DNA from: Thermodesulfobacteriota bacterium
Lineage (GTDB): Bacteria > Desulfobacterota > WTBG01 > JAGOGO01
Assembly: GCA_026625185.1 (NCBI GenBank)
Contig: CP113000.1
Location: 885,622-917,621 of the forward strand
Reading direction: 5' to 3'
Length of the DNA stretch: 32,000 bases
Made by a program: the position numbers and the translations under genes. Under the pieces are notes generated by a model. The model did not search any database and was not told where the DNA came from. It saw nothing but the letters and a program-made list of their open reading frames with translations. Each line of letters opens with the position of its first letter. The stretch's first letter is position 1. Of this stretch, positions 1-7,701 are shown in pieces.

Positions 1-884
1 GGAGTTTAACCTTTACTGCTGAGGGAAAGTTAAAACCTGTTGAAAACAAACCAGTCCTTTCTTCGTGGATTGGAAATGGCACCGTATTTTTAGATGCTAT
101 GAGCTGCCAGGGTCTCGGCACCATCCAAAATCTTAAAAGTACCGGGTTTACGCTCGATAAAAACATTCTTCGTTTGTCATTGGAAGGCCTGTTGAATAGA
201 GGCCCCTCAGCAGTTCAATGCGTTATCGATTTCAGACAAAGTCGGCCGGTAATAAAATTAAACGGACAAGGAAAAGACATTGAGCTATCCGAAGACCAAA
301 CCATGTTGGATTATGTTATTCCGATCCGCTCCCGCTCTCGACAGCTAACCGGAAAAGGATTTTTTTCTTTCCAAACATCCTGGCAAGGATTCGATTGGGA
401 ACAAGAGATAAGCAGGAGCATCGTGGGAACCGGAAAAATAAGTTTAGAGGATGGAAGCGTTGAAACCGAAGGCGTCTTAAGCGAGATACTGACTGTTTTG
501 GGAAAATCTGAGTCGATTCAGTTTGACCAGGTTCAGAGTCCTTTCCGCCTTGGGGAAGGGAAAATTTATGATAACACTATCCAGGTAAACGGGCCCGATA
601 TCGAGATAACGTTTCAAGGCTGGACGTCCCTTATTTACGATCCTGAAAAAAAGGGGAACCCAATTAGGTATGCGGTAACCGGAGCTTCTTTTAAAAATTT
701 TCCGGGCAAAGATGCGCAAAAAATTTTACCTTTTCTTAGCGGAGAAAATGGCGCCATCCCGATTTACATTAAAGGTACCGTACAAAAGCCGAAAGTATCC
801 GTAAAATTTCGCAAGGCAAAAAAATTTTTTAAAGATTTTTTTAACCCCTCTAAAAATTCTTTCCATGATCTTGAGGGAGCGTGA
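1..884 (+). CDS. AsmA-like outer-membrane biogenesis protein, C-terminal part (5' end lies outside the window)
   Basis: The frame of ORF 99..884 is open from base 3 with no stop, so the gene runs off the left edge. The C-terminal sequence resembles AsmA/DUF3971-type C-termini from memory. TGA stop at 882-884. Confidence 0.45.
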   Translation, partial: SLTFTAEGKLKPVENKPVLSSWIGNGTVFLDAMSCQGLGTIQNLKSTGFTLDKNILRLSLEGLLNRGPSAVQCVIDFRQSRPVIKLNGQGKDIELSEDQTMLDYVIPIRSRSRQLTGKGFFSFQTSWQGFDWEQEISRSIVGTGKISLEDGSVETEGVLSEILTVLGKSESIQFDQVQSPFRLGEGKIYDNTIQVNGPDIEITFQGWTSLIYDPEKKGNPIRYAVTGASFKNFPGKDAQKILPFLSGENGAIPIYIKGTVQKPKVSVKFRKAKKFFKDFFNPSKNSFHDLEGA

Positions 885-955
885 AGCTCCGCAAAAGTTG
901 CTTTTTTTGTGCCAATTTAATATATTACAAAAAGGGTCCTAAATCACAACAAAAT

Positions 956-1042
956 GCGTCATTCCCGTCCCCACCTTCGCGGGGATAAACTCCAGCGGGA
1001 ATGCAGAAAAATACCGGATTCCGGTTCAAGCCTGAAATGACA
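956..1042 (-). repeat. REP-like element, family 1 (inverted copy)
   Basis: The reverse complement reads tgtcatttcaggcttgaaccggaatccggt...gggacgggaatgac. It shares the modules GTCATTCCGnnCTTGAnnCGGAATCC and GGAATGAC with the copies at 13116 and 14886. Confidence 0.7.
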
Positions 1043-1158
1043 ATATGCATATTTCATTGGGTATAGCAGGCTGTTAGAAAACCCCCTGATCCCTCTTTCG
1101 AAAAACGGGGGCTAAGGGTATTTAACAACGATGTTTTATGCACAGGAGGTATTTCTAG

Positions 1159-2679
1159 ATGCCGCCAAAAAAAATTGAAAGATTTGCCCAAAAAATTTTC
1201 CTGAGTATTCTGGTTTCAGGTTTATTCTTGATTTCTTTCTCCTTCTCCGGCTGTGCTGTTAACCCGGTTACGAGACAAACTCAGTTCATGACGGTTTCCG
1301 AAGAACGGGAATTTAACATGGGGCAGCAGCTGGATAAGCAAGTCCGGGAAGAGATGGGCTTTTATTTGGAAGTACCTGAGCTTCGCTCTTTAGTCAAGCA
1401 AACCGGGGGGGCTATAAGTCAGAATGGTGCCCGGGCCAAAACCCTTAACTATCGGTTTGAAATTGTGGACTCACCTGATTTTAATGCGTTTGCTTTGCCC
1501 GGGGGCTTTGTCTATGTCCACCGTGGGCTCTTGGATAAAGTAAACTCAACGGATGAGCTTGCCTCAGTGTTAGGGCATGAAATTGCCCACGTGGATGCCC
1601 GGCATTCGGCGGCTCTGATTTCCAAAGTCGAGTTGTTGAACATTGGACTTTTGGCAGCCAATGTGGCGACCCAAGGCGCTGTTCAGCAGTTCGGTGACTT
1701 AATAAATATAGGCGCGGTGTTAACGTTAAACAAGTTTTCCCGGGATGCGGAACGGGAAGCTGACCACTATGGAACACTCTATATGTCAAAATCTGGATAT
1801 AACCCCAAATCGTCTCTCGAAGTTATGAAGGCAATTCAACGGATTCAGGTTCGAGAGCCAAACAACGTTGAGACCTGGTTTATGACCCATCCCCCTACGA
1901 GTGAACGGCTGGTAAACCTAGATCACGAGATTGGCAACATTCAGCAGATTCAACCAACAGCATTGAACACCCCGATAAAACGAAATCAGTATATAAGGAC
2001 GCTTGACGGTCTGGCAGTAGGAGAATGGAATGGACAGGAATTAATAAGGGGAGATTACTATTACAACAAAGAATTTCTCCTTAAAATGAAATTGCCGGAA
2101 GGGTGGGAAGGCCAAATAAACAACAAAACATATACTGCTGTTTTTGGACAGCCCAAAAAAGATCTTTACGTAATGTTCAACGTCGAACCCTTAAGAACTC
2201 AGAAGACCTCTGAAGATTATTTTCGTGACTTTGAAAAAAAGCTGGGGCAACGTGGCCTGAAAAAAGATGGCACAACTTCCTCTAATACAAAATATGGCGG
2301 AGGAATAGGTGCCTACAAAGGATCAAGCGATAGCCTGGGCGCTATTAAGGGAGTTGGGTTTGCTTTTGTTAATGACATTAATGGCTATTCCCTGCTTGGT
2401 ATAAGCAAGACAGCTGATTTTCAAACATTTCGGCCGCTGGTGGAATCAATGGTCCAAAGCCTTACCTTTATCTCCCAAAAGGAAGCCGCTGACCTCCAAC
2501 CTGCTCGTCTGAAAGTCCATGAGGTAAAAGGGGGAGAGACCTGGGAAAGCATCATGAAAAAGTATTTTAGTACCTCGGAGGGAAAAGAAAAACTGGCCGA
2601 GTATAATGGACTGCTGGTTAACCAAAACCCTGCTGCGGGTATTCTCCTTAAGATCCCGCCCACACTCCACTTTCAATAA
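1159..2679 (+). CDS. M48-family zinc metalloprotease lipoprotein with C-terminal LysM domain
   Basis: SD aggagg at 1144-1149. Signal peptide with lipobox-like FSFSGC. HEIAH zinc motif (LGHEIAHVDARH). C-terminal HEVKGGETWESI...GILLKIP matches the LysM pattern. Confidence 0.85.
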   Translation: MPPKKIERFAQKIFLSILVSGLFLISFSFSGCAVNPVTRQTQFMTVSEEREFNMGQQLDKQVREEMGFYLEVPELRSLVKQTGGAISQNGARAKTLNYRFEIVDSPDFNAFALPGGFVYVHRGLLDKVNSTDELASVLGHEIAHVDARHSAALISKVELLNIGLLAANVATQGAVQQFGDLINIGAVLTLNKFSRDAEREADHYGTLYMSKSGYNPKSSLEVMKAIQRIQVREPNNVETWFMTHPPTSERLVNLDHEIGNIQQIQPTALNTPIKRNQYIRTLDGLAVGEWNGQELIRGDYYYNKEFLLKMKLPEGWEGQINNKTYTAVFGQPKKDLYVMFNVEPLRTQKTSEDYFRDFEKKLGQRGLKKDGTTSSNTKYGGGIGAYKGSSDSLGAIKGVGFAFVNDINGYSLLGISKTADFQTFRPLVESMVQSLTFISQKEAADLQPARLKVHEVKGGETWESIMKKYFSTSEGKEKLAEYNGLLVNQNPAAGILLKIPPTLHFQ

Positions 2680-2960
2680 CAGCGATAGGAAGACTTCTCT
2701 ACTTTCTGAATGAGAATGAAAAGCATAAACCTCGTTCCGAGCAATCTGACGGGGTTTTTTTCTGTTGTCTCGTTTGCCCCTGTCCAAGCTTGACAACGAA
2801 TTAGGGATAAAAATTTCTGAGCAAGGGGGCCCCGCCTTTTTCCCACAATGAATGGATTTATCCTATGTAAAAAATCCGTGGTTTCCCTGATAAAACCGGC
2901 CTCATAACCCTTGCCTTTTCTTGCAACCCTATTCTTGTAAGCAACACAAGAAAATCCCTG

Positions 2961-2990
2961 TTGAAATTCATAAGGGAGATAAGTTAGAAT
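2961..2990 (+). promoter_or_regulatory. Candidate sigma70-type promoter (TTGAAA - 18 nt - TAGAAT) for the GT4 leader
   Basis: Hexamers read directly at 2961-2966 and 2985-2990. It would give a roughly 265-nt leader containing repeat copy 1. Confidence 0.3.
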
Positions 2991-3121
2991 ATTTGCACCG
3001 AGTGCTGATATCGCCCTAAAAATAAGAGCATATCAGCATTACGTGACAATGTGCATGAGTTTGTTAACCATAGGGATCAAAAAGCCCCCCTTTTTTTTCA
3101 TGGTAAGATGCGGAATAATAA

Positions 3122-3239
3122 CAAGTTGCATTCAAAAGTAGATCGAGGCGGCGACGAGGAATCGACGCAGGCGTATATTTTTGTACGTCGAGGAGTATGA
3201 CGAGGAGCCAACAAAGATATACAAATGAAGGCAACTTGG
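3122..3239 (+). repeat. 118-nt structured repeat, copy 1 (5' leader of the GT4 gene)
   Basis: Differs at 4 of 118 positions from 7584-7701, in the same orientation. The ends caagttgcattca / tgaaggcaacttg are inverted complements. The interior is GA-rich with four CGAGG/ACGAGGA units and a gcgta..tacgt hairpin. Confidence 0.85.
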
Positions 3240-3262
3240 TATAAGGTGAAAGGTAGGAATCG

Positions 3263-4423
3263 GTGAAGATTGCCCTGATTCGAAAAGACTATTCTCTTGC
3301 CTGGGGAGGGGCGGAGCGCTACGCGGTCAATTTGAGTGAATGCCTGGCCAGAATGGGGCATGAAGTCCATGTGTTTGCTAATACGTGGAGCAGGCCCCCT
3401 GATCATGGGATTTCAATCCATAAAGTTCCTATCTTAACCATTTCTTCTTCGTTAAAAAATTTATCATTTGCTTATAATTGTCGAAAACTTCTTGCCCGTG
3501 AAAATTTTGACATAGTCCATTCCCTCTCCCAGACTTTTTCCCAGGACATATACCGGATGGGAGACGGCATCCACCGACACTGGCTTACCATACAGACCCC
3601 CAATTTTTTTTACCGCTTTTTAAAAACCTTAACTCCCCGGCAGCAGGTTATTTTATTCCTCGAAAAAAAGACGTTTCATCCTTTACAGTATAAAATGATT
3701 ATTTGCATCTCTCAACTTTGCAAAAAACACGCTATGAGTTACTTTAAGGTTCCGGAGGAGAAGATCCGTGTGATTTATAATGGCGTTGATCACGCGCAAT
3801 TTAATCCGGGCTTAAGGAACCGGTACAATAAGGAAATTCGCAAAAAATTACAGATACCCGAGGAAGCCGTCGTTATTCTCTTCATCGCGAACAACTTTAA
3901 ACGAAAAGGACTAAAGCATCTTCTTCAATCTCTTCCCTTAATCCAAAGAGGGAAAGAACCCCTAACCGTTTTAGTGGTTGGCCGGGGCAATCCTCTTCCG
4001 TTCCGCCGCATTGCGGAGCAGATTGAGCTGTCCGACCAATTACTTTTTGTGGCGCAAACTGATAATATTTTTCAGTATTATGGAGTTGGCGATATCGTCG
4101 CGCACCCTGCTCTCTCTGACCCCTTCTCCAATGTTTGTTTGGAAGCGTTAGCCTGCGGAATTCCCGTTATAACGACGAAAGAGACCGGAGCCTCAGAAAT
4201 CATTCGTCCCGAAGAAACCGGGGTTGTCATCTCAGACCCTCATGACCATGCGGCATTAGCCGCCGGCATTTCCCGTTTTCTCCCGCACGAGGTAAGGGAT
4301 TTGGTGAGAAAAAAAGCTTCTCAATCTGTCCAAAATTTTACCATTGAGGAAAATACCCTTAAAACTTTGAAAGCTTATAAACAGGTTCTGGAGATAAAAA
4401 AACATAAAGGCGGTTTTCAATAA
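3263..4423 (+). CDS. Glycosyltransferase family 4 (GT-B, WaaG/RfaG-like)
   Basis: GTG start. N-terminus MKIALIRKDYSLAWGGAERY and C-terminal E-x7-E region (LEALACGIPVITTKETGASEII) are typical of GT4 enzymes. Confidence 0.85.
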   Translation: MKIALIRKDYSLAWGGAERYAVNLSECLARMGHEVHVFANTWSRPPDHGISIHKVPILTISSSLKNLSFAYNCRKLLARENFDIVHSLSQTFSQDIYRMGDGIHRHWLTIQTPNFFYRFLKTLTPRQQVILFLEKKTFHPLQYKMIICISQLCKKHAMSYFKVPEEKIRVIYNGVDHAQFNPGLRNRYNKEIRKKLQIPEEAVVILFIANNFKRKGLKHLLQSLPLIQRGKEPLTVLVVGRGNPLPFRRIAEQIELSDQLLFVAQTDNIFQYYGVGDIVAHPALSDPFSNVCLEALACGIPVITTKETGASEIIRPEETGVVISDPHDHAALAAGISRFLPHEVRDLVRKKASQSVQNFTIEENTLKTLKAYKQVLEIKKHKGGFQ

Positions 4424-4480
4424 ATGGAACAAAAAATTTACTAAAGCAGCGGTTGATTCCGATTCGTGGTTTCTGAAAAA

Positions 4481-4528
4481 GTTTACCCCGTTAGAAACCC
4501 AGTTAGATATCAAATAGCTAACAGGGGG
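4481..4528 (+). repeat. REP-like hairpin element, family 2
   Basis: Reads tttaccccgttagaaacccagttagatatcaaatagctaacaggg. The same tttaccccgttagaaa head and CCnGTTAGAT-N7-ATCTAACnGG hairpin occur at 28934-28990. Confidence 0.7.
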
Positions 4529-4586
4529 AAGAAGCAGGGTGTAAATCCCATTAGAAAATTTTCTTACTGGATGAATGCCTTGCTTG

Positions 4587-4616
4587 CCCTGTCAGATTCC
4601 AAAATATCTAACCGGG
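4587..4616 (+). repeat. REP-like hairpin element, family 2 (hairpin module only)
   Basis: Reads ccctgtcagattccaaaatatctaaccggg, an imperfect version of the 28960-28988 hairpin. Confidence 0.6.
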
Positions 4617-4796
4617 TGAAAAATTCCTCCAAGGGGGTTTACAAAGTTGGCGAAGAAGTCACAACTTTTCTGATTCAAATAAAGCAGATTGACATTAATT
4701 AATGTTTAAATTATAAATTCATTTTATTTCAGATAAAAAGGCACGGAATCCGCTTCAAGAATTCAAAATCATAATTTTGTCTGGGAGGATAACGTG

Positions 4797-5732
4797 ATGT
4801 CTAAAGGCATCTTTTTTTTATTTTTTTTGTTTTTTTTTGTTTTTACCAACGCTGTTAAGGCGGCTGAGCCCGAACAACATCTTGTGATTCTCTATAATAG
4901 TGATACTAAAGGCTATATAGAGGGCTGCGGTTGAAAGCACGAACAAGGGGGACTGGCCCGGCGGGCCGGCTTAGTGAAAGAATTGAGAGAGAAAAATAAA
5001 AACACCATCCTTCTGGACGGTGGGGACTCTATTTCCGCAGGGAAGGATCTCCCTGAACTAAGGGCTGAAATCAGTATGGAGGCATTAGGCCTCATGCATT
5101 ATGATGCACTTAATATAGCTGACGGAGAATTGGGTTTGGGTGAAAAATTTTTTCAAGATCTCCAAAAAAAAGTTTCGTTTCCCTTATTATCCGCCAATCT
5201 TTTTAAAAACAAAAAGCTTTTAGGCCAGGACTATCTCATAAGGAAATTTGAAGGATTTACCGTGGGTATCATTGGCCTAGTTTCTCCAATCTATTTTAAT
5301 CCCGAACTCTTAGCCAAAGAAGGTTTAGAGATCAAAGACCCGGAAGAAACCCTTAATGAAATTTTACCTAGGTTGAAGTCAGAGGCAAGCATCATTATCC
5401 TCCTTTCCCACTTAGGTAAAAATGAGACCACCTTGTTACTCCGAAAGATGTCCGGGGTCAATGTGGCGATTGTCGGACATGATCCGGGAATGCTTAACCA
5501 GCCAGCATTATGGAACAAAACGATTTTGGTACAAAACAGTTCGCAGGGAAAATTTCTCGGAGTCTTAGATCTTACCATAGGAACAAAGGGAGTCATAGAA
5601 AATTATACCGTAAACATGGTTAACATTACGGAGAATACTCCTTCTGACCCGGAGGTTATCGCTCTCATTCGTGAGTTTAAAAAAAAGAAAAACTCTCAAC
5701 CCCCTCAAACAAAACAAAAGCGCCCTGAATAA
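4797..5732 (+). CDS. Secreted calcineurin-like metallophosphoesterase / 5'-nucleotidase-like protein interrupted by one in-frame TGA (4932-4934): Sec candidate or pseudogene
   Basis: SD gggagga at 4783-4789. ATG 4797 opens the signal peptide MSKGIFFLFFLFFFVFTNAVKA. The frame is continuous with tracked ORF 4974..5732 except for TGA at 4932. Downstream sequence (GGLARRAGLVKELR...ILLDGGDSISG..., GHD) is metallophosphoesterase-like. Confidence 0.6.
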
Positions 5733-5763
5733 GGGATAATGTATTTGCCCTCCAAAAAAACAT

Positions 5764-6558
5764 ATGGTGACCATTGTAATCCCTCACTATCAGACCCTCG
5801 AGATTATAAGATTATGCCTGAGGTCCATTCGAAAGTTTACCCCCCAACCTTATAAAGTAATCGTTGTTGATAATGATTCTCAGGATGAATCTCTTGAATA
5901 TTTGAAATCCGTTAAATGGCTACACCTTATTCAAAGAAAAGAGGTGGCGAAAAGGGGGTCCTGGGCTCATGGTTCAGCATTGGATATTGGACTCACGAAT
6001 ACCCAGACAGAATTTTTTCTTGCTCTCCACTCCGATGTAATGATTAAGGACTCCTCCTGGCTTAATAAGCTGCTTGCCCCTCTTCAGCAAAATCCTGCTT
6101 TATTTTGTGTGGGAACGGGAAAGTTAGAGGATGTTCCCTTGGCCTATCGAGTATTTAAAAAAATGGGGGACGTAAAAGGACTCCTTCGTTTTTTGAAGAC
6201 CGACCTTCTTCGCCACCCTGACCGGATTCTCCCCGAGTATATTCGAACCACCTGTGCCGTCTATCGAACTGAAATCTTAAAAAAAGAAAGGTTATCTTTC
6301 CTTCCTCGCGAGGAGCAGGGAATGACCTCCGGGCAAGCTCTCTATTATGAACTGGTTAAAAGAGGATACCAAACCCTTTACCTTCCTCCAGGAGAATTAA
6401 AAAAAATGATTGACCACCTATGCCACGGCACCATGATTTTAAACCCTGAGCTTGGGGCACGAAAACGAACAATATCAAAAGGCATCCGAAGGATCAAAAG
6501 AGAACTGAGCGAAGGATGGATAAAAAGTCTTTTAAAAGATTCTACCTTGGATCAGTAA
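5764..6558 (+). CDS. Glycosyltransferase family 2
   Basis: N-terminus VTIVIPHYQTLEIIRLCLRSI...VIVVDNDSQDES is the classic GT2 (GT-A) signature. Confidence 0.8.
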   Translation: MVTIVIPHYQTLEIIRLCLRSIRKFTPQPYKVIVVDNDSQDESLEYLKSVKWLHLIQRKEVAKRGSWAHGSALDIGLTNTQTEFFLALHSDVMIKDSSWLNKLLAPLQQNPALFCVGTGKLEDVPLAYRVFKKMGDVKGLLRFLKTDLLRHPDRILPEYIRTTCAVYRTEILKKERLSFLPREEQGMTSGQALYYELVKRGYQTLYLPPGELKKMIDHLCHGTMILNPELGARKRTISKGIRRIKRELSEGWIKSLLKDSTLDQ

Positions 6559-6580
6559 ACTCCGTAAGAAGGCTTTTTCA

Positions 6581-6609
6581 CCCTGTTAGCCATTTGATAT
6601 CTAAACGGG
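6581..6609 (+). repeat. REP-like hairpin element, family 2
   Basis: Reads ccctgttagccatttgatatctaaacggg, with the same stem/loop layout as 4501-4528 and 28960-28988. Confidence 0.55.
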
Positions 6610-6706
6610 TTTCTAACTGAGTAAAAACGTGGCAATGAAGAAGTAAGCTGCAAAAAAAGTTTTACAAAAATCAAAAAACCAACTCATATAAGACTCAACT
6701 ACCACT

Positions 6707-7564
6707 ATGAAATCTTTGCCTTTACCAAGCAATTTAGTCTTCCGCAACCATATGGTTATTAACCGAGAGTTCGAACCCTTGTTAAAAGAAAACGGTTTAG
6801 ATGATTTTGATGCAATGATGAAATTCGATAAAGGGGAAGTAGTTAAACAAAAAAGCAAATACCGCTCTACCATTCATTTTTATCTTACAGAAAAAGAACG
6901 CAGGGTTTCCGTTTATCTTAAGCGTTACCGCTTTTCTTTGATATCCGAGTTTGTGAAAAATTGCTTCTTTTTTTTTCGAACCTATTCGGCTATTTATGAA
7001 TGGAGATGCATCCTTAAATTTAAGGCATCCAATCTCCCTACCATGACCCCTATTGCCGTGGGAATGCGACGGCGAATTCCTTTTTGGAATGAATCCTTCC
7101 TTTTAACCCAAGGAATTACACCTACAAAAACCCTCGAACAAGAATTGGAAAATTATCCCCCTCCCCTGGATAGTATTCGGGTACAACAAAAAAGGGTCTT
7201 GATTGCTAAACTGGCAGCGCTTACCCAGAGAATGCATGGGGAGGGCTTTAAACATCAAGATTTCTACCTATGCCATATCTTGGTAAACTCAAGTGTTCCA
7301 GATGATCCTCTCCTTTATGTTGCCGATCTCCACCGGGTGAGGAGAAAGAAAAAAAATAACAAAAGCTGGCAAATCAAAGACCTGGCCGCGCTTAATTATT
7401 CTGCTTCCCAGAAATTTATAAGCCGAACCGACCGGCTCCGATTTATGAAACACTATGACCCGATTTTAGCCAATGACCTTCTCTTCCTTAAAAAGATAGT
7501 GAAAAAGACCGCGCAAATTCAAAGCCATGAAGAAAAAAAAGATAAAAACTCACATCGGGCGTGA
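6707..7564 (+). CDS. Lipopolysaccharide kinase (Kdo/WaaP) family protein
   Basis: Motifs HQDFYLCHILV and YVADLHRV match the Kdo/WaaP kinase catalytic-loop pattern. It sits among glycosyltransferases. TGA stop at 7562. Confidence 0.75.
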   Translation: MKSLPLPSNLVFRNHMVINREFEPLLKENGLDDFDAMMKFDKGEVVKQKSKYRSTIHFYLTEKERRVSVYLKRYRFSLISEFVKNCFFFFRTYSAIYEWRCILKFKASNLPTMTPIAVGMRRRIPFWNESFLLTQGITPTKTLEQELENYPPPLDSIRVQQKRVLIAKLAALTQRMHGEGFKHQDFYLCHILVNSSVPDDPLLYVADLHRVRRKKKNNKSWQIKDLAALNYSASQKFISRTDRLRFMKHYDPILANDLLFLKKIVKKTAQIQSHEEKKDKNSHRA

Positions 7565-7583
7565 TGCGAGCTTAGACTCATAC

Positions 7584-7701
7584 CAAGTTGCATTCAAAAG
7601 TAGATCGAGGCGGCGACGAGGAATCGACGCAGGCGTACATTTTAGTACGTCGAGAAGTATGACGAGGAGCCAACAAAGATATACAAATGAAGGCGACTTG
7701 G
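7584..7701 (+). repeat. 118-nt structured repeat, copy 2 (overlaps SD and probable start of larE)
   Basis: See copy 1. The 3' arm tgaaggcgacttgg contains GAAGG (7689-7693) and TTG (7698-7700). Confidence 0.85.

Noticed and set aside
3122-3239. The 118-nt repeat as a duplicated coding fragment (acidic DEE-type peptide)
   Set aside because: All three forward frames contain stops in copy 1. The only frame open in copy 2 is arginine/serine-rich nonsense fused to larE. The substitutions between copies fall in helix and loop positions rather than showing a codon pattern.
3098-3406. Minus-strand 102-aa ORF and similar antisense ORFs (for example 477..719, 1481..1789, 14055..14622, 15553..16096, 25709..26083)
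   Set aside because: They lie antisense to well-supported genes or across the repeat. They lack SDs and recognisable motifs, and are typical shadow ORFs.
4466-4702. Tracked 78-aa ORF
   Set aside because: It is built from two REP family 2 hairpin elements (4481-4528, 4587-4616) and reads through them (..VRNPVRYQIANR.., ..LSDSKISNRV..). It has no SD and the composition of intergenic DNA.
4932-4934. Genome-wide reassignment of TGA (code 4 or 25) as the explanation for the in-frame TGA
   Set aside because: At least four well-supported genes in the window terminate at TGA (882, 7562, 8553, 11114) at positions matching family-typical C-termini.
7527-7697. N-terminal 57 codons of tracked ORF 7527..8555 (MKKKKIKTH...SRSRRRRGIDAG...)
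   Set aside because: This part overlaps the end of the kinase gene and then reads through the 118-nt repeat. It is open only because the repeat is purine-rich. LarE homologues start about 20 residues before the PP-loop.
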